Assembly: GCA_963708075.1 (NCBI GenBank)
Contig: OY970194.1
Span: 6,880,001-6,944,000, forward strand
Reading direction: 5' to 3'
Length of the DNA stretch: 64,000 bases
DNA from: Sedimentisphaerales bacterium
GTDB taxonomy: Bacteria > Planctomycetota > Phycisphaerae > Sedimentisphaerales > Anaerobacaceae
In this document: positions 1 to 9,162 of the stretch, in pieces
Numbering within the stretch: the stretch's first letter is position 1
Layout: each line of letters starts with the position of its first letter
Translations under genes and position numbers: made by a program
The notes under the pieces: model-generated
The model's database searches: none
Seen by the model: the letters and a program-made list of their open reading frames with translations, nothing else
Told to the model about the DNA's origin: nothing

Positions 1-29
1 CGGCGTCTGATGTTGGGAGGACGAGTGGC

Positions 30-1214
30 ATGGCGATTCGCGATGAGAGAATACGGGTTGGCGGGTTTCCTCGGGCCATCGGCATGTTCTGTCTCCTTGT
101 TTGGTTTGCCGGTCCCGGCTTGCTGCTTGCCGCGGGCGAGGATCTGCCTCGCGTGGAGCCCGGGATCGAGTACCTTCACCACCGGATCGGGGACGGCCCC
201 TGGTCAATCCACGTGGTGAAAGTGGATCGGCTTGGCGGGAAGTTCGGGCTTGTCTCGGCCCTGGCCCAAGGTCACATTTACGGATTGGCCACCGTCAGCG
301 AGCAGGTGGAAAGCCTCGGCGATGCCTGGGGCCGGCCCGTCGCGGCCATCAATGGGGACTTCTTTGTCATTCGCTCCGGTCCATACCAGGGCGACCCCAC
401 CGGTCTGCACGTCACCCAGGGCGAATTGGTCAGTGCGCCGACCGGGGCGAGCTTCTGGGTGGATAAGGAAGGCGACCCTCATATCGGCCAGGTCACGGCC
501 AAGTTCCGAGCCACCGGCTCGAACGGCCTGGATATCACGTTCTCTCTCAATCAGGCGAGGGCCGATGATGCGGCTGTGCTGTATACGCCTGCCATCGGAG
601 AATCGACGCGCACGGGGCCCGGACTCGAACTGGTCCTGGAGAAGTCCGGCGAGGGCGATTGGCTGCCGCTGCGTCCGGGCGGCCGGTATCAGGCGAGAAT
701 CTCCGCTCTCAACGGGCAAGGAGACGTCCGGCTAACACCTCAGATCATGGTCCTATCCATTGGGCCCAAGCTGGCCAGAGGACTGCCGGCGTCGGCGGTC
801 GGGATGGTGATCTCGCTTCACATGAAGACATCGCCCGACCTGACCGGAGTGATGACGGCTCTCGGTGGGGGACCTGTTTTGCTGGACGCGGGCGAATCGC
901 CTGACTGGCCGCCGCCCCAGCCGAGACATCCGCGAACGGTACTGGGATGGAATGACAAGCAGTTTTTCCTTGCGGTTGTCGACGGCCGCCAGGAGTCGCT
1001 GTCGGCAGGCATGACCTATCCCGAGTTGGCTTCGCTCATGAGCGGACTGGGCTGCACCCACGCCATCAACCTCGACGGCGGCGGCTCCTCCACGCTCTGG
1101 CTGGATGGGCACATCATGAATTCCCCCTCCGACGGCCACGAACGCCGGGTCGCCAACAGCCTGATCGTCGTCGCGAACAAACAGGACGAGAGCGAGACGA
1201 ATCCGGGACGTTGA
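30..1214 (+). CDS. Phosphodiester glycosidase (NAGPA/DUF2233) family secreted protein
   Basis: Signal peptide; AAINGDFF, HPRT, VVDGRQ, AINLDGGGSS, NSPSDG..R.VAN motifs. Confidence 0.85.
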   Translation: MAIRDERIRVGGFPRAIGMFCLLVWFAGPGLLLAAGEDLPRVEPGIEYLHHRIGDGPWSIHVVKVDRLGGKFGLVSALAQGHIYGLATVSEQVESLGDAWGRPVAAINGDFFVIRSGPYQGDPTGLHVTQGELVSAPTGASFWVDKEGDPHIGQVTAKFRATGSNGLDITFSLNQARADDAAVLYTPAIGESTRTGPGLELVLEKSGEGDWLPLRPGGRYQARISALNGQGDVRLTPQIMVLSIGPKLARGLPASAVGMVISLHMKTSPDLTGVMTALGGGPVLLDAGESPDWPPPQPRHPRTVLGWNDKQFFLAVVDGRQESLSAGMTYPELASLMSGLGCTHAINLDGGGSSTLWLDGHIMNSPSDGHERRVANSLIVVANKQDESETNPGR

Positions 1215-1256
1215 GGATGTATGACGGCGGTAAGATAAGCTCCGCCCAGCGATGCT

Positions 1257-1545
1257 CTACGGAAGATGCTCCAGATCAGCGAGGTCCTGGTGGCGGCCCA
1301 AGGCTTGTTTGTTGCGCTTGAGGTCTTTGAGGCTGATTAGATTCACGGGGACATCGTCGAGCGTATCTTCCACTCGATCCGCGTAACATTCCGCAAAATC
1401 GACGCCCGAGATTGTGGTGGCGATCTCGATTCTGACAGGCGGCACACCCAGGCGGATGATCTGCCATTGGCGCAGGAACAACTCCGCGGACAGATCGGGC
1501 AGATCGAAGCCGAACTTTTGAAGGGCCGCGACGATTCTCTCCGCG
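1257..1545 (-). pseudogene. 5'-truncated nucleotidyltransferase-like (MNT-type) gene remnant
   Basis: C-terminal half NAERIVAALQKFGF...IRLGVPPVRIEI.T.ISGVDF...NKQALGR.QDLADLE; no N-terminal catalytic region or credible start. Confidence 0.55.
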
Positions 1546-1684
1546 TTGCCTGCCGCTGCCGCCCGATTACCCGATTGTCTTCGCAGACACTCTGCATCGT
1601 GTGCCGCGGCCGGAATAGGATTTACAGGCGGTGGGGCGCGCGATATGAATATGCGGTTGGTTTCTCGGTTATCTGGAGAATAGT

Positions 1685-3457
1685 GTGTCACAGGCGAAAG
1701 AACGGGCCAGGGCATTTGTGGAAGGGGAGAAGGCGTTTCGGCTGGGCGAACTGCTGACGGAGTCGTTCCATCCGAAGACGCGCGAACTCTCACGGGTCAT
1801 GGAGAGGGACATTCACGCGGGCATCCGGCTGTTGCAGTCGGTGGATGAGGACATTCCGCTCGCTCTGGATCGGATCTTTGCCCAGGAGTCGTTCAGGCGT
1901 CTCGTCGAAGCTCTGCGCGAGGCGATACTTGCGGGCCGGCGGATCTTCTTCACAGGCTGCGGAGCGACAGGCCGATTGAGTATCCTGCTGGAAGCGGCGT
2001 GGCGGGAGTTCTGGCGCACGGCCGGACGGGACAATCCACAGGCGGCCAGGATGGCGGACCTGTGCATCAGCGTCATGGCGGGTGGCGACTTCGCGCTGAT
2101 CAAGTCCGTGGAAGGGTTTGAGGATTTCCCGGACTTCGGCCGGCATCAACTCAAGGAGGCCGGAGTGCAGCAGGGCGATGTCGTCGTCGCGATCACCGAG
2201 GGCGGCGAGACGTCCTTCGTCATCGGCACCGCCTGGCAGGGACTCGACTCGGGGGCGAGGGTCTTCTTCGTCTACAACAACCCGACGGACTTGTTACGCG
2301 GACACGTCCAGCGGTCACGCGAGGTCATCGACGAGCCCCGCATCCGGAAGCTCGACCTGGCGACCGGCCCGATGGCGATCACCGGCTCGACCCGGATGCA
2401 GGCCACGACCACGGAGCTTCTCGTCGTCGGCGCGGCCCTCGAAATGGCCTTGGCGCAGACCGTAGGGTGTGCCATGCACACCGCCTCCACCGACCGCGCC
2501 GAGCCACGGTCGGCGGAGCCCACCCTGCGCGACACGGCACAGTATCAGCGGCTCTTTGAAAAGCTGCTCAAGCAGTTGTCCATCGCCGAGGGAGTCAATG
2601 CGATGGCCCGGCTGGTGCAGTTTGAGGAACAGATCTATCGTCAGCACGGCTTGGTGACGTACCTGGCCGACTCGGCCCTCTTGGACATTCTGACCGACAC
2701 GACGGAGCGGGCGCCGACGTTCATGCTCCCGCCGTTTCGCAAGAGCGGCGACACGATTTCGCCCGTGTCTTGGGCGTTTGTCAAGGACCCGGGCCGGCCG
2801 ACGCAGGAGGCGTGGCGTCAGATGCTCCAGCGTGAGCCTCGCGGCCTGACCTGGGGTCCGGAAGTCTACAGGCGGTTGGACGCGCCGGTGGCGCTGCAGA
2901 CGAATCCGCCGAAACTCGACAACAGCGAGATATACAGATTTCAGATCGGCAACGAGCCCGATCCTTCCCGGACGAGTGTCCCGGAGTCCGCGATAGTGTT
3001 CGTCGGCGTCGGGGGGGACGGTGTGCACGGCACACCCTACGGCCGGGCCGGGTTCAAGAGGACGGCGGCGATTACAGTGGGGCCGGAAGCAGCGTCGCCG
3101 GCTGTGGATGAGCACTTTCACTTCTCGTGCGATTTGCCTGCGTCGCCGTTGCGGCTGTGGGAGCATCTGGCGATCAAGCTCGTTTTGAACACAGTCTCGA
3201 CGGCGACGATGGTCCGCATGGGCCGGGTGATCGGCAACGCGATGGTCTGGGTGTCGCCGAGTAACAAGAAGCTGATCGACCGCGGGACGCGCTTAATCTC
3301 GCTATCGACCGGCTACAGTTACGAGCAGGCATGCGAGGCGTTGCACGAGGCGATAGACGAGGTCGCCCGCCGCGCGCAGTCCGGCGAGGAGGTCCCTTCG
3401 CCCGTCGCATTGGCCATCGAACGAATCCTCGCCGGCGGCAAGGAGAGATCCGCATGA
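1685..3457 (+). CDS. SIS-domain MurQ/glucokinase-regulator-like sugar-phosphate etherase
   Basis: LLTES.HP, GCGATGRL, ITGSTRMQA, KLVLNTVST, N.KLIDRG.R motifs. Confidence 0.8.
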   Translation: MSQAKERARAFVEGEKAFRLGELLTESFHPKTRELSRVMERDIHAGIRLLQSVDEDIPLALDRIFAQESFRRLVEALREAILAGRRIFFTGCGATGRLSILLEAAWREFWRTAGRDNPQAARMADLCISVMAGGDFALIKSVEGFEDFPDFGRHQLKEAGVQQGDVVVAITEGGETSFVIGTAWQGLDSGARVFFVYNNPTDLLRGHVQRSREVIDEPRIRKLDLATGPMAITGSTRMQATTTELLVVGAALEMALAQTVGCAMHTASTDRAEPRSAEPTLRDTAQYQRLFEKLLKQLSIAEGVNAMARLVQFEEQIYRQHGLVTYLADSALLDILTDTTERAPTFMLPPFRKSGDTISPVSWAFVKDPGRPTQEAWRQMLQREPRGLTWGPEVYRRLDAPVALQTNPPKLDNSEIYRFQIGNEPDPSRTSVPESAIVFVGVGGDGVHGTPYGRAGFKRTAAITVGPEAASPAVDEHFHFSCDLPASPLRLWEHLAIKLVLNTVSTATMVRMGRVIGNAMVWVSPSNKKLIDRGTRLISLSTGYSYEQACEALHEAIDEVARRAQSGEEVPSPVALAIERILAGGKERSA

Positions 3458-4791
3458 CACGAGTTGCGAATTGTCACGCTGCAATGTCGAGTAAGCTCCC
3501 GGGTGGCAGCGGCAAGCGCCAGCTTGCCGATGGCTCCAAGATGTGGCCCAATACCATCGGCAAACTCCGCAGGCTCCGCTTGCCGATGCCACTCATTGAT
3601 GGTCTATCATGTAGAGCGTTAGATGGTGTGCAATGCACACCCTACGCGAGAACGCCGGGCCTTGTCATTCTTGCGGTGTTCTTTTCTCTGCTTCCGGGCT
3701 GTCGATTGGATAGCAGCCGGGATGCGCGTCTGATGCAGATCGACGGCGTGGTGACAGAGGAAATCGCGGCGGGGCACCTGCCGGGAGCGGTGGTCCTCGT
3801 CGGGCGGGGGAACAAGGTCTTGTACCACAAAGCATTCGGCGTCGAGGTGAACGAGCCGTTCCAGGAGGCCATGGAGAAGGACACGATCTTCGACATGGCC
3901 TCGCTGACCAAGCCCATCGCCACCGCGACCTCCATCATGATCCTGGTGGATCGGGGCAAGGTCGACGTGAACGACTACGTGTCCGAGTACCTGCCGGCCT
4001 TCGCCTGCAACGGCAAGGAGCAGGCCCGGATCCGGCACCTCCTGACGCACACCTCCGGCCTGCCCGCGTACACGGATGCCAACAGCCTGCGGACCCGCTT
4101 CGGCGAGTCCTGTCCCGACAAGGTCGTCGAGACGATCTGCGGCTTGAAGGCCCAGAGCCCGCCGGGCGAACAATTCCGCTATAGCTGCCTCGGGTATATC
4201 ACCCTGGCGCGAATCGTGAAGACCGTCACCGGCCAGGACATCGACGAATTCAGCCGGGCCAATATCTTCAAACCGCTTGGCATGAAGCACACAAGGTTCT
4301 GCCCGCCGGCCTCGTGGCAAAGGGAAATCGCCGCGACGGAAATCGTCAACGGAAAGCTGCTCCGCGGCACCGTCCACGACCCGCTGGGCCGGCTGATGGA
4401 CGGCACGAGCGGCAACGCCGGCCTGTTCTCCACCGCCTCCGACCTGTCCATCTACTGCCGCATGCTCCTCAACGACGGCACCTGGAAGGGTAAACGCATC
4501 CTCAGTCCCGCCGCCGTCGCCATGTTGACCACCGCCCAATCCCACGGCCGTGCCTGCGGCTTCGATGTCAGCTCCAACTACGCCTGGGTGAAAGGTCCAA
4601 GCGCCTCACCGAACGCTTTCTGCCACACCGGCTACACCGGAACCAGTCTCGTCTGCGACCCGGACACCGACACCTACCTCATCCTCCTGACCAACAGCGT
4701 CCATCCGTACGACAAGGGCCGCTCCAAACCCATCCGCCAGAAGCTCGCCGAGATTGTCTTCACCCCTCTATCGAATGGAACACAATCCTGA
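3454..4791 (+). CDS. Serine hydrolase, beta-lactamase class C-like
   Basis: FDMASLTK (SxxK), LLTHTSGL, FRYS, HTGYTGT; ATG overlaps upstream stop (ATGA); start uncertain because N-terminus is repeat-derived. Confidence 0.85.
   Translation: MTRVANCHAAMSSKLPGGSGKRQLADGSKMWPNTIGKLRRLRLPMPLIDGLSCRALDGVQCTPYARTPGLVILAVFFSLLPGCRLDSSRDARLMQIDGVVTEEIAAGHLPGAVVLVGRGNKVLYHKAFGVEVNEPFQEAMEKDTIFDMASLTKPIATATSIMILVDRGKVDVNDYVSEYLPAFACNGKEQARIRHLLTHTSGLPAYTDANSLRTRFGESCPDKVVETICGLKAQSPPGEQFRYSCLGYITLARIVKTVTGQDIDEFSRANIFKPLGMKHTRFCPPASWQREIAATEIVNGKLLRGTVHDPLGRLMDGTSGNAGLFSTASDLSIYCRMLLNDGTWKGKRILSPAAVAMLTTAQSHGRACGFDVSSNYAWVKGPSASPNAFCHTGYTGTSLVCDPDTDTYLILLTNSVHPYDKGRSKPIRQKLAEIVFTPLSNGTQS
3501..3594. repeat. 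GGGTGGC...GCCACCC long palindromic repeat family (also 4818-4897, 23969-24060, 51297-51390, 60741-60834)
   Basis: Inverted ends gggtggcagcggcaagcg / cgcttgccgatgccac with internal hairpins, five related copies. Confidence 0.8.
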
Positions 4792-4982
4792 TCGTGTACG
4801 ACAAATGGATCAGCGGTGGGTGGCAGCGTCAAGCGCAGCTTGGCGATGGTTTGCCCATCCGCCATCGCCAAGGCCTTCGGCCTTGACGATGCCACCCGTG
4901 TGTGTAGCTCGTATCAGGGCCACCTCAAGGATTTGGGACGAACCCAACAGGTTTGGCGGTGCCGCCCGGAGACACAGAATAC

Positions 4983-6084
4983 TCAGGTCTGAATCGTGTC
5001 CAGCTCGATAAACGCGATCGGCACGAAAATGAACAGGGGCAGCCAGGCCCATAGCTCGGGCATGACCCGGCCGGCGATGACGACCTCCGTCGCGAGCATC
5101 TTGCAGACGAAGGTCACCACGAAGCACGTCGCCGTCAGGGCGAAGCTGACCAGGATCCTTGACTTCATCGTCCGGGGGTCCCGGCAGATCAGCACGGGCA
5201 GGCTTACCATGAGCATCGTCAGGTTGATGATGGGGTCCGTGATGCGGAAATGCTTCAGGCTGCTCAATTGAGCGACGTCACGGATCTTCGTGCTCTGGGC
5301 GGCCAGGATGGACAACTGGTGCGAGCTGAACAGGGACGCGTGCTTGGACTCGCAGATGATCGGAATGTCTTTGGGCAGGAGATTGGGGGCGGAGTAGGTG
5401 GTCGCCTGCCGCACGCCGTCCTGCGGCCCCGTCCCGATGAACACGCCATTGACCAGGTCCCAGACGCCCGTCTCGTAGTTGAAGACAGCTTTGTCGGCGG
5501 TGATCCGGCCCGTCACCTTCCAGATCCCCGGCCGGTCCGTGCCCTCCCGCGTGATGATCATCGGCTTGTAGAACGACGACGTCTTGACGTCGAATTGGCG
5601 GGAGTAGATCAGCGAGCCGTTGCCGTCCACGATGAACTGGACATCGAAGGACTCCTCGCCCGGCACGTCGTCGTGGCTGCGCCAGCTTGTCGCTGATGGC
5701 GGGGATCACCAGCTCCTGATCGACCACCCAAACGCCCGTGAACAGGATGGCCAGCACCAGGACGGGGCCAACGATCCGCTGAGCGCTGACGCCGGAGGCG
5801 ATCATGGCCACCAGCTCGTTTGTCCGCACCATGCGGCCAAGCGAAAACGCGGCCGCCACGACGGTGATCACGCCCGCGAGATCGCGGAAATACAGGGTCA
5901 TGTTCAGCCCGTAAAACGTCGCAACGTTCTTGGCGATGGCCCACGCCCCCATGTCCATGCGCTCGGCAAACTCGTCGAGGTGCACGAACAGATCGATGAT
6001 CGTCCACAGCCCGATCAGCACGCAGAACGCGATGGCGTACCCGATCAGAAAATTCGTTGCAATGTACCGGTCCAGAATCTTCAT
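4983..6084 (-). CDS. LptF/LptG family LPS export permease, frameshifted near 5680
   Basis: MKILDRYI start, NELVAMIASGVS motif, C-terminal TM helices in a second frame. Confidence 0.8.
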
Positions 6085-6148
6085 CGCTTCCCATAATAGC
6101 CGCACGCCCCATGACAAGCAACGCCAAACCGCTCCGATCCGTCCGCAG

Positions 6149-6520
6149 GGGTGCGGTCGGCCTTCGGTGGCGGATTCGGATTCCAGCCGACACAAGAGCA
6201 CAGCCCAGTCTTCTTTCGCCCCTACGGGGCTTTGAGATAGGATTGACTATCGTACCCACCGTTGAAACGGTGGGCTAGTGTCGATCGCCCCCGTGGGGCG
6301 GACGGGCCGACGCAAGAGGACTGGGGCGAAGTCCAGGCTCGAAGGGCGATAGAGAATAGCCTTCAATTTGACAGGACCACAAAGCTCAGCCATGGCGCAG
6401 TCCAAGCCCGGAGGGCGATAGAGAATAGCCCAGCGATTGATCGCTGGGGAACTGGGGCCGAGGACAAAAGCCAGTCCCGTAAGGGACGAAAGAGGCGCAG
6501 TCCGCACACGGCGGCGGATT
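6149..6520. repeat. ~370-bp composite REP-hairpin element (inverted copy at ~35900-36272)
   Basis: Near-identical reverse-complement copy; hairpins GCCCCTACGGGGC, CCCACCGTTGAAACGGTGGG, CCCAGCGATTGATCGCTGGG, GTCCCGTAAGGGAC. Confidence 0.9.
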
Positions 6521-6581
6521 AAGATGTCCCCGAAATTCCCCCAAATCACAAATCTCAAATCATAGATCATAGATCCATAGA

Positions 6582-7322
6582 TCAAACCGCCTTTTGCTTC
6601 GCCCGTTCCCGCAGCCACCGGGCGTGGACCTGCCGTCGCCTCTTGACCGGCCACTCCTCGGGAAAGTTCGGCCGGGCCGACTCCCCGAATACCTGGGCCG
6701 CCTTGTAGTCATACGCCCGCGCCGCCTCCACCTCGCTGTCGAACCGCCCAAGACTGTAGTGCTCCTTGCGACAGTCCAGGCCTGCCCGCCATCGACCGGT
6801 CGCCTTGCACCGAGCGACGCCCTTGTAGATGGAACTGCCGCCGGCCCGCTTTCTCGTATTGTGCTGGTTCACCTGATGCGTGGTGTTCCGCAGATTGGCC
6901 CGGGTATTGTCGTACTTGTTGCCGTTGCCGTGATCCACGATCTTGCCCTTCGGCGGCTTCATGATCTCGCGATGCATCAGGACAACCCTGCGTTTGCCGT
7001 TGCGTTTCTCATGCCGTGCCGCGTACCCGCCTTTTGTTCCCCAACGCCATTGATTGAGCCACTCGAAGTCCGCAGCGTCCACATACGCATACAACCCGTC
7101 GCCCAGCGGGATCGTCTTGACCCCCTCTCCCTCCGGCACAGGCGGCCGCACCCGATAATTCCGACACACTGCCCCAACGGGACACGCCTTCATCAGCCCC
7201 GGCGACTCCGGCTGGTTCCCGCACGTCGGCCCAGCCGCCCACCCCGTCCCCAGACTCCGCATCCACAACGCCCGATCCAGATGAGCATAAACACACCTGT
7301 GACAACTCGCCCGCGTCGCCAT
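6582..7322 (-). CDS. HNH endonuclease (HNH_3) + AP2 DNA-binding domain protein with Cys-rich N-terminus
   Basis: MHREIM...VDHGNGNKYDNTRANLR (HNH); S.YKGV..., LGRFDSEVEAARAYD..A...FGE.ARPNF (AP2). Confidence 0.9.
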   Translation of the reverse strand: MATRASCHRCVYAHLDRALWMRSLGTGWAAGPTCGNQPESPGLMKACPVGAVCRNYRVRPPVPEGEGVKTIPLGDGLYAYVDAADFEWLNQWRWGTKGGYAARHEKRNGKRRVVLMHREIMKPPKGKIVDHGNGNKYDNTRANLRNTTHQVNQHNTRKRAGGSSIYKGVARCKATGRWRAGLDCRKEHYSLGRFDSEVEAARAYDYKAAQVFGESARPNFPEEWPVKRRRQVHARWLRERAKQKAV

Positions 7323-7881
7323 GATTCGCCCCTCTCAATCACGTTTGATGTTTGATGTTTGATGTTTGATTTCTCAAGTAGGACGGCCTCTCTTACTTCT
7401 CACATCAACCATCATAAATCAACCATGATCATAGCCGCACTATGATCCTTTGTCCATACAGTTGTTCAAAAATCACCAAATTTTTCTGTGCACACGGTAA
7501 CCCCTTTGTGGCACACGGATTAGGAGTCGCTTTGTCCGCAGATTGCACCGATTTTTGCAGATTTCCAGGACGAATCACAAATCCTAATTCGTAAATCGTA
7601 AATCCGATAGGCCACGGAGAGCGCCGAGCCCACGGAGCGGAATATAAGGATGTAGGGTGGGTTCTTAACCCACGCGGATTCTGATCCTCTCACGCAGAGA
7701 CGCCGAGACGCAGAGGGTGGAAGGAGAAGGGAGAAACGCAGGAAGGGAAGCAGGGAAGGAGGTAAGAACTGCCCCATCGGCACTCAGGGATCGGGGATCA
7801 GGGGCCAGAAATGATTGCTCTGCTGAACCCCGGCCCCTGACCCCCGACACCTGCTGGCCATTCCGCCCACAGTAAGGGGTT

Positions 7882-8656
7882 TCAGCCCACTGGCAATGTG
7901 CCATACGCCCCTTTCTTGAACACATAAATCGCCCACCCCAACGTTTCTCGTCCCCACCTCAGATACGCTGTCTTGCTTTCCCGCACTCGTTTCAGCACGG
8001 TTCTCCACATCAGGATCATCCCGATGGCCACTCGCCCAGCTTTCTGCTGCATACCATTGCAACCCTTCATACTTGTCCCAGTCATCTTGGCTGCTTACGA
8101 GTGTGTAGACGGCCTCCAACCCGTGTTCTTGCCCAGCCTTAACATTCTCATCATGTGTTCCGCAGTTGTTCCTTGTCTGGCCGATGGCCTCTAAATACTC
8201 TCTTTCCGGTTCATGCCGCCAGTAGGGTTCACCCACGACGATCCAACTTTCTGGCGCTGCCATCTTGTATAACGCGTTCAACGTCCCTCCATGCCCGCCA
8301 TAAATCCAACTCGCACCGATGCAGGCCACCAGATCAAAACTCTCTAAGGTCTCTGGGACATACTTAGCCCCATCCATCTCTAAGAAGTGGAGTTGAGCAT
8401 CTGGAACGCGTGTTTGGTGCTTTTTGCGGACATCTGCAATGCAGTAAGGAGAGAAATCAACCCCTGTCCCCGTCATTTGTCGGTGCCGCTCTGCGAGCCT
8501 GATGAGAAATTCGCCCTTGCCAGTGGCGATTTCAAGCACGCATGCACCAGGTTTCAGACGCAGAAGCGTGATGAGCTCTTCAAATTTCTCAGAACTCATC
8601 GGGTTGCAGAACACGTGCTCCCGATGCGTGATGTCAAAGAACTTCCACATGTCCAT
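7882..8656 (-). CDS. Class I SAM-dependent methyltransferase, frameshifted near 8000
   Basis: VLEIATGKGE motif I, ACIGASWIYGG, IVVGEPYW; C-terminus (YLRWGRETLGWAIYVF) in another frame; SD GAGGAGG. Confidence 0.8.
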
Positions 8657-8834
8657 GAGTTTACCTCCTCTGGCGCATTAACATGCTAAGTGCAACACGG
8701 CTCAGCGATCACGAGCCATCCGGTCGCCTATTCACTTGCGTAGATCTGAAGAAACTAGGGACGGACCCTATTTTAGTCGGGGCAATCCGGTTCTTCCAGT
8801 CCGAGTTCTCAAAATCCGACAGCCATCGCACATT

Positions 8835-8944
8835 TCGGCCTCACCACATCTGTCCGGCCCGTGGGGGCCGGCGACCAACTTGTCGCAGCTTCATCAGAGG
8901 TGCAGAACTGACGGGATTATAGCCCTTGCAGGCATGGTCTGCAA
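8835..8944 (-). ncRNA. Promoter + conserved ~85-nt element, copy 1 (putative ncRNA/leader)
   Basis: TTGCAG-17-TATAAT then cacctctgatgaagctgcgacaagttggt...cccccacgggccggacagatgtggtgagg. Confidence 0.55.
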
Positions 8945-9027
8945 GAGGGATGTGACAAGTTTGAAGTGTGATGTTTGAAGTGGGAAGTCGGAGGCTCCGC
9001 CACGCCCAGGATTCCATCATTCCAGAG

Positions 9028-9150
9028 GGAATTCGGGGGACACATTACTTATTTGGCAGGAATTAAGTATTGTGTCCCCAGATCCCCGGCAGTGGACATC
9101 TGGGGACACTATACTCAACTCGGGGCGGAGATAGGTGTCCCCGGAATTCC
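9028..9150. repeat. Two tandem GGGGACAC...GTGTCCCC inverted-repeat units
   Basis: ggggacacattactt...aagtattgtgtcccc and ggggacactatac...ataggtgtcccc. Confidence 0.8.
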
Positions 9151-9162
9151 GCTGTCATGGCT

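Noticed and set aside
6582..7322. HNH gene as IscB/HEARO
   Set aside because: No PLMP or RuvC motifs; domain order is HNH-AP2
8683..8922. Peptide on the opposite strand of the element (HICPARGG...RSFIRGA) or SymE/SymR-type pair
   Set aside because: No shared start, substitutions are non-synonymous, and no toxin ORF follows
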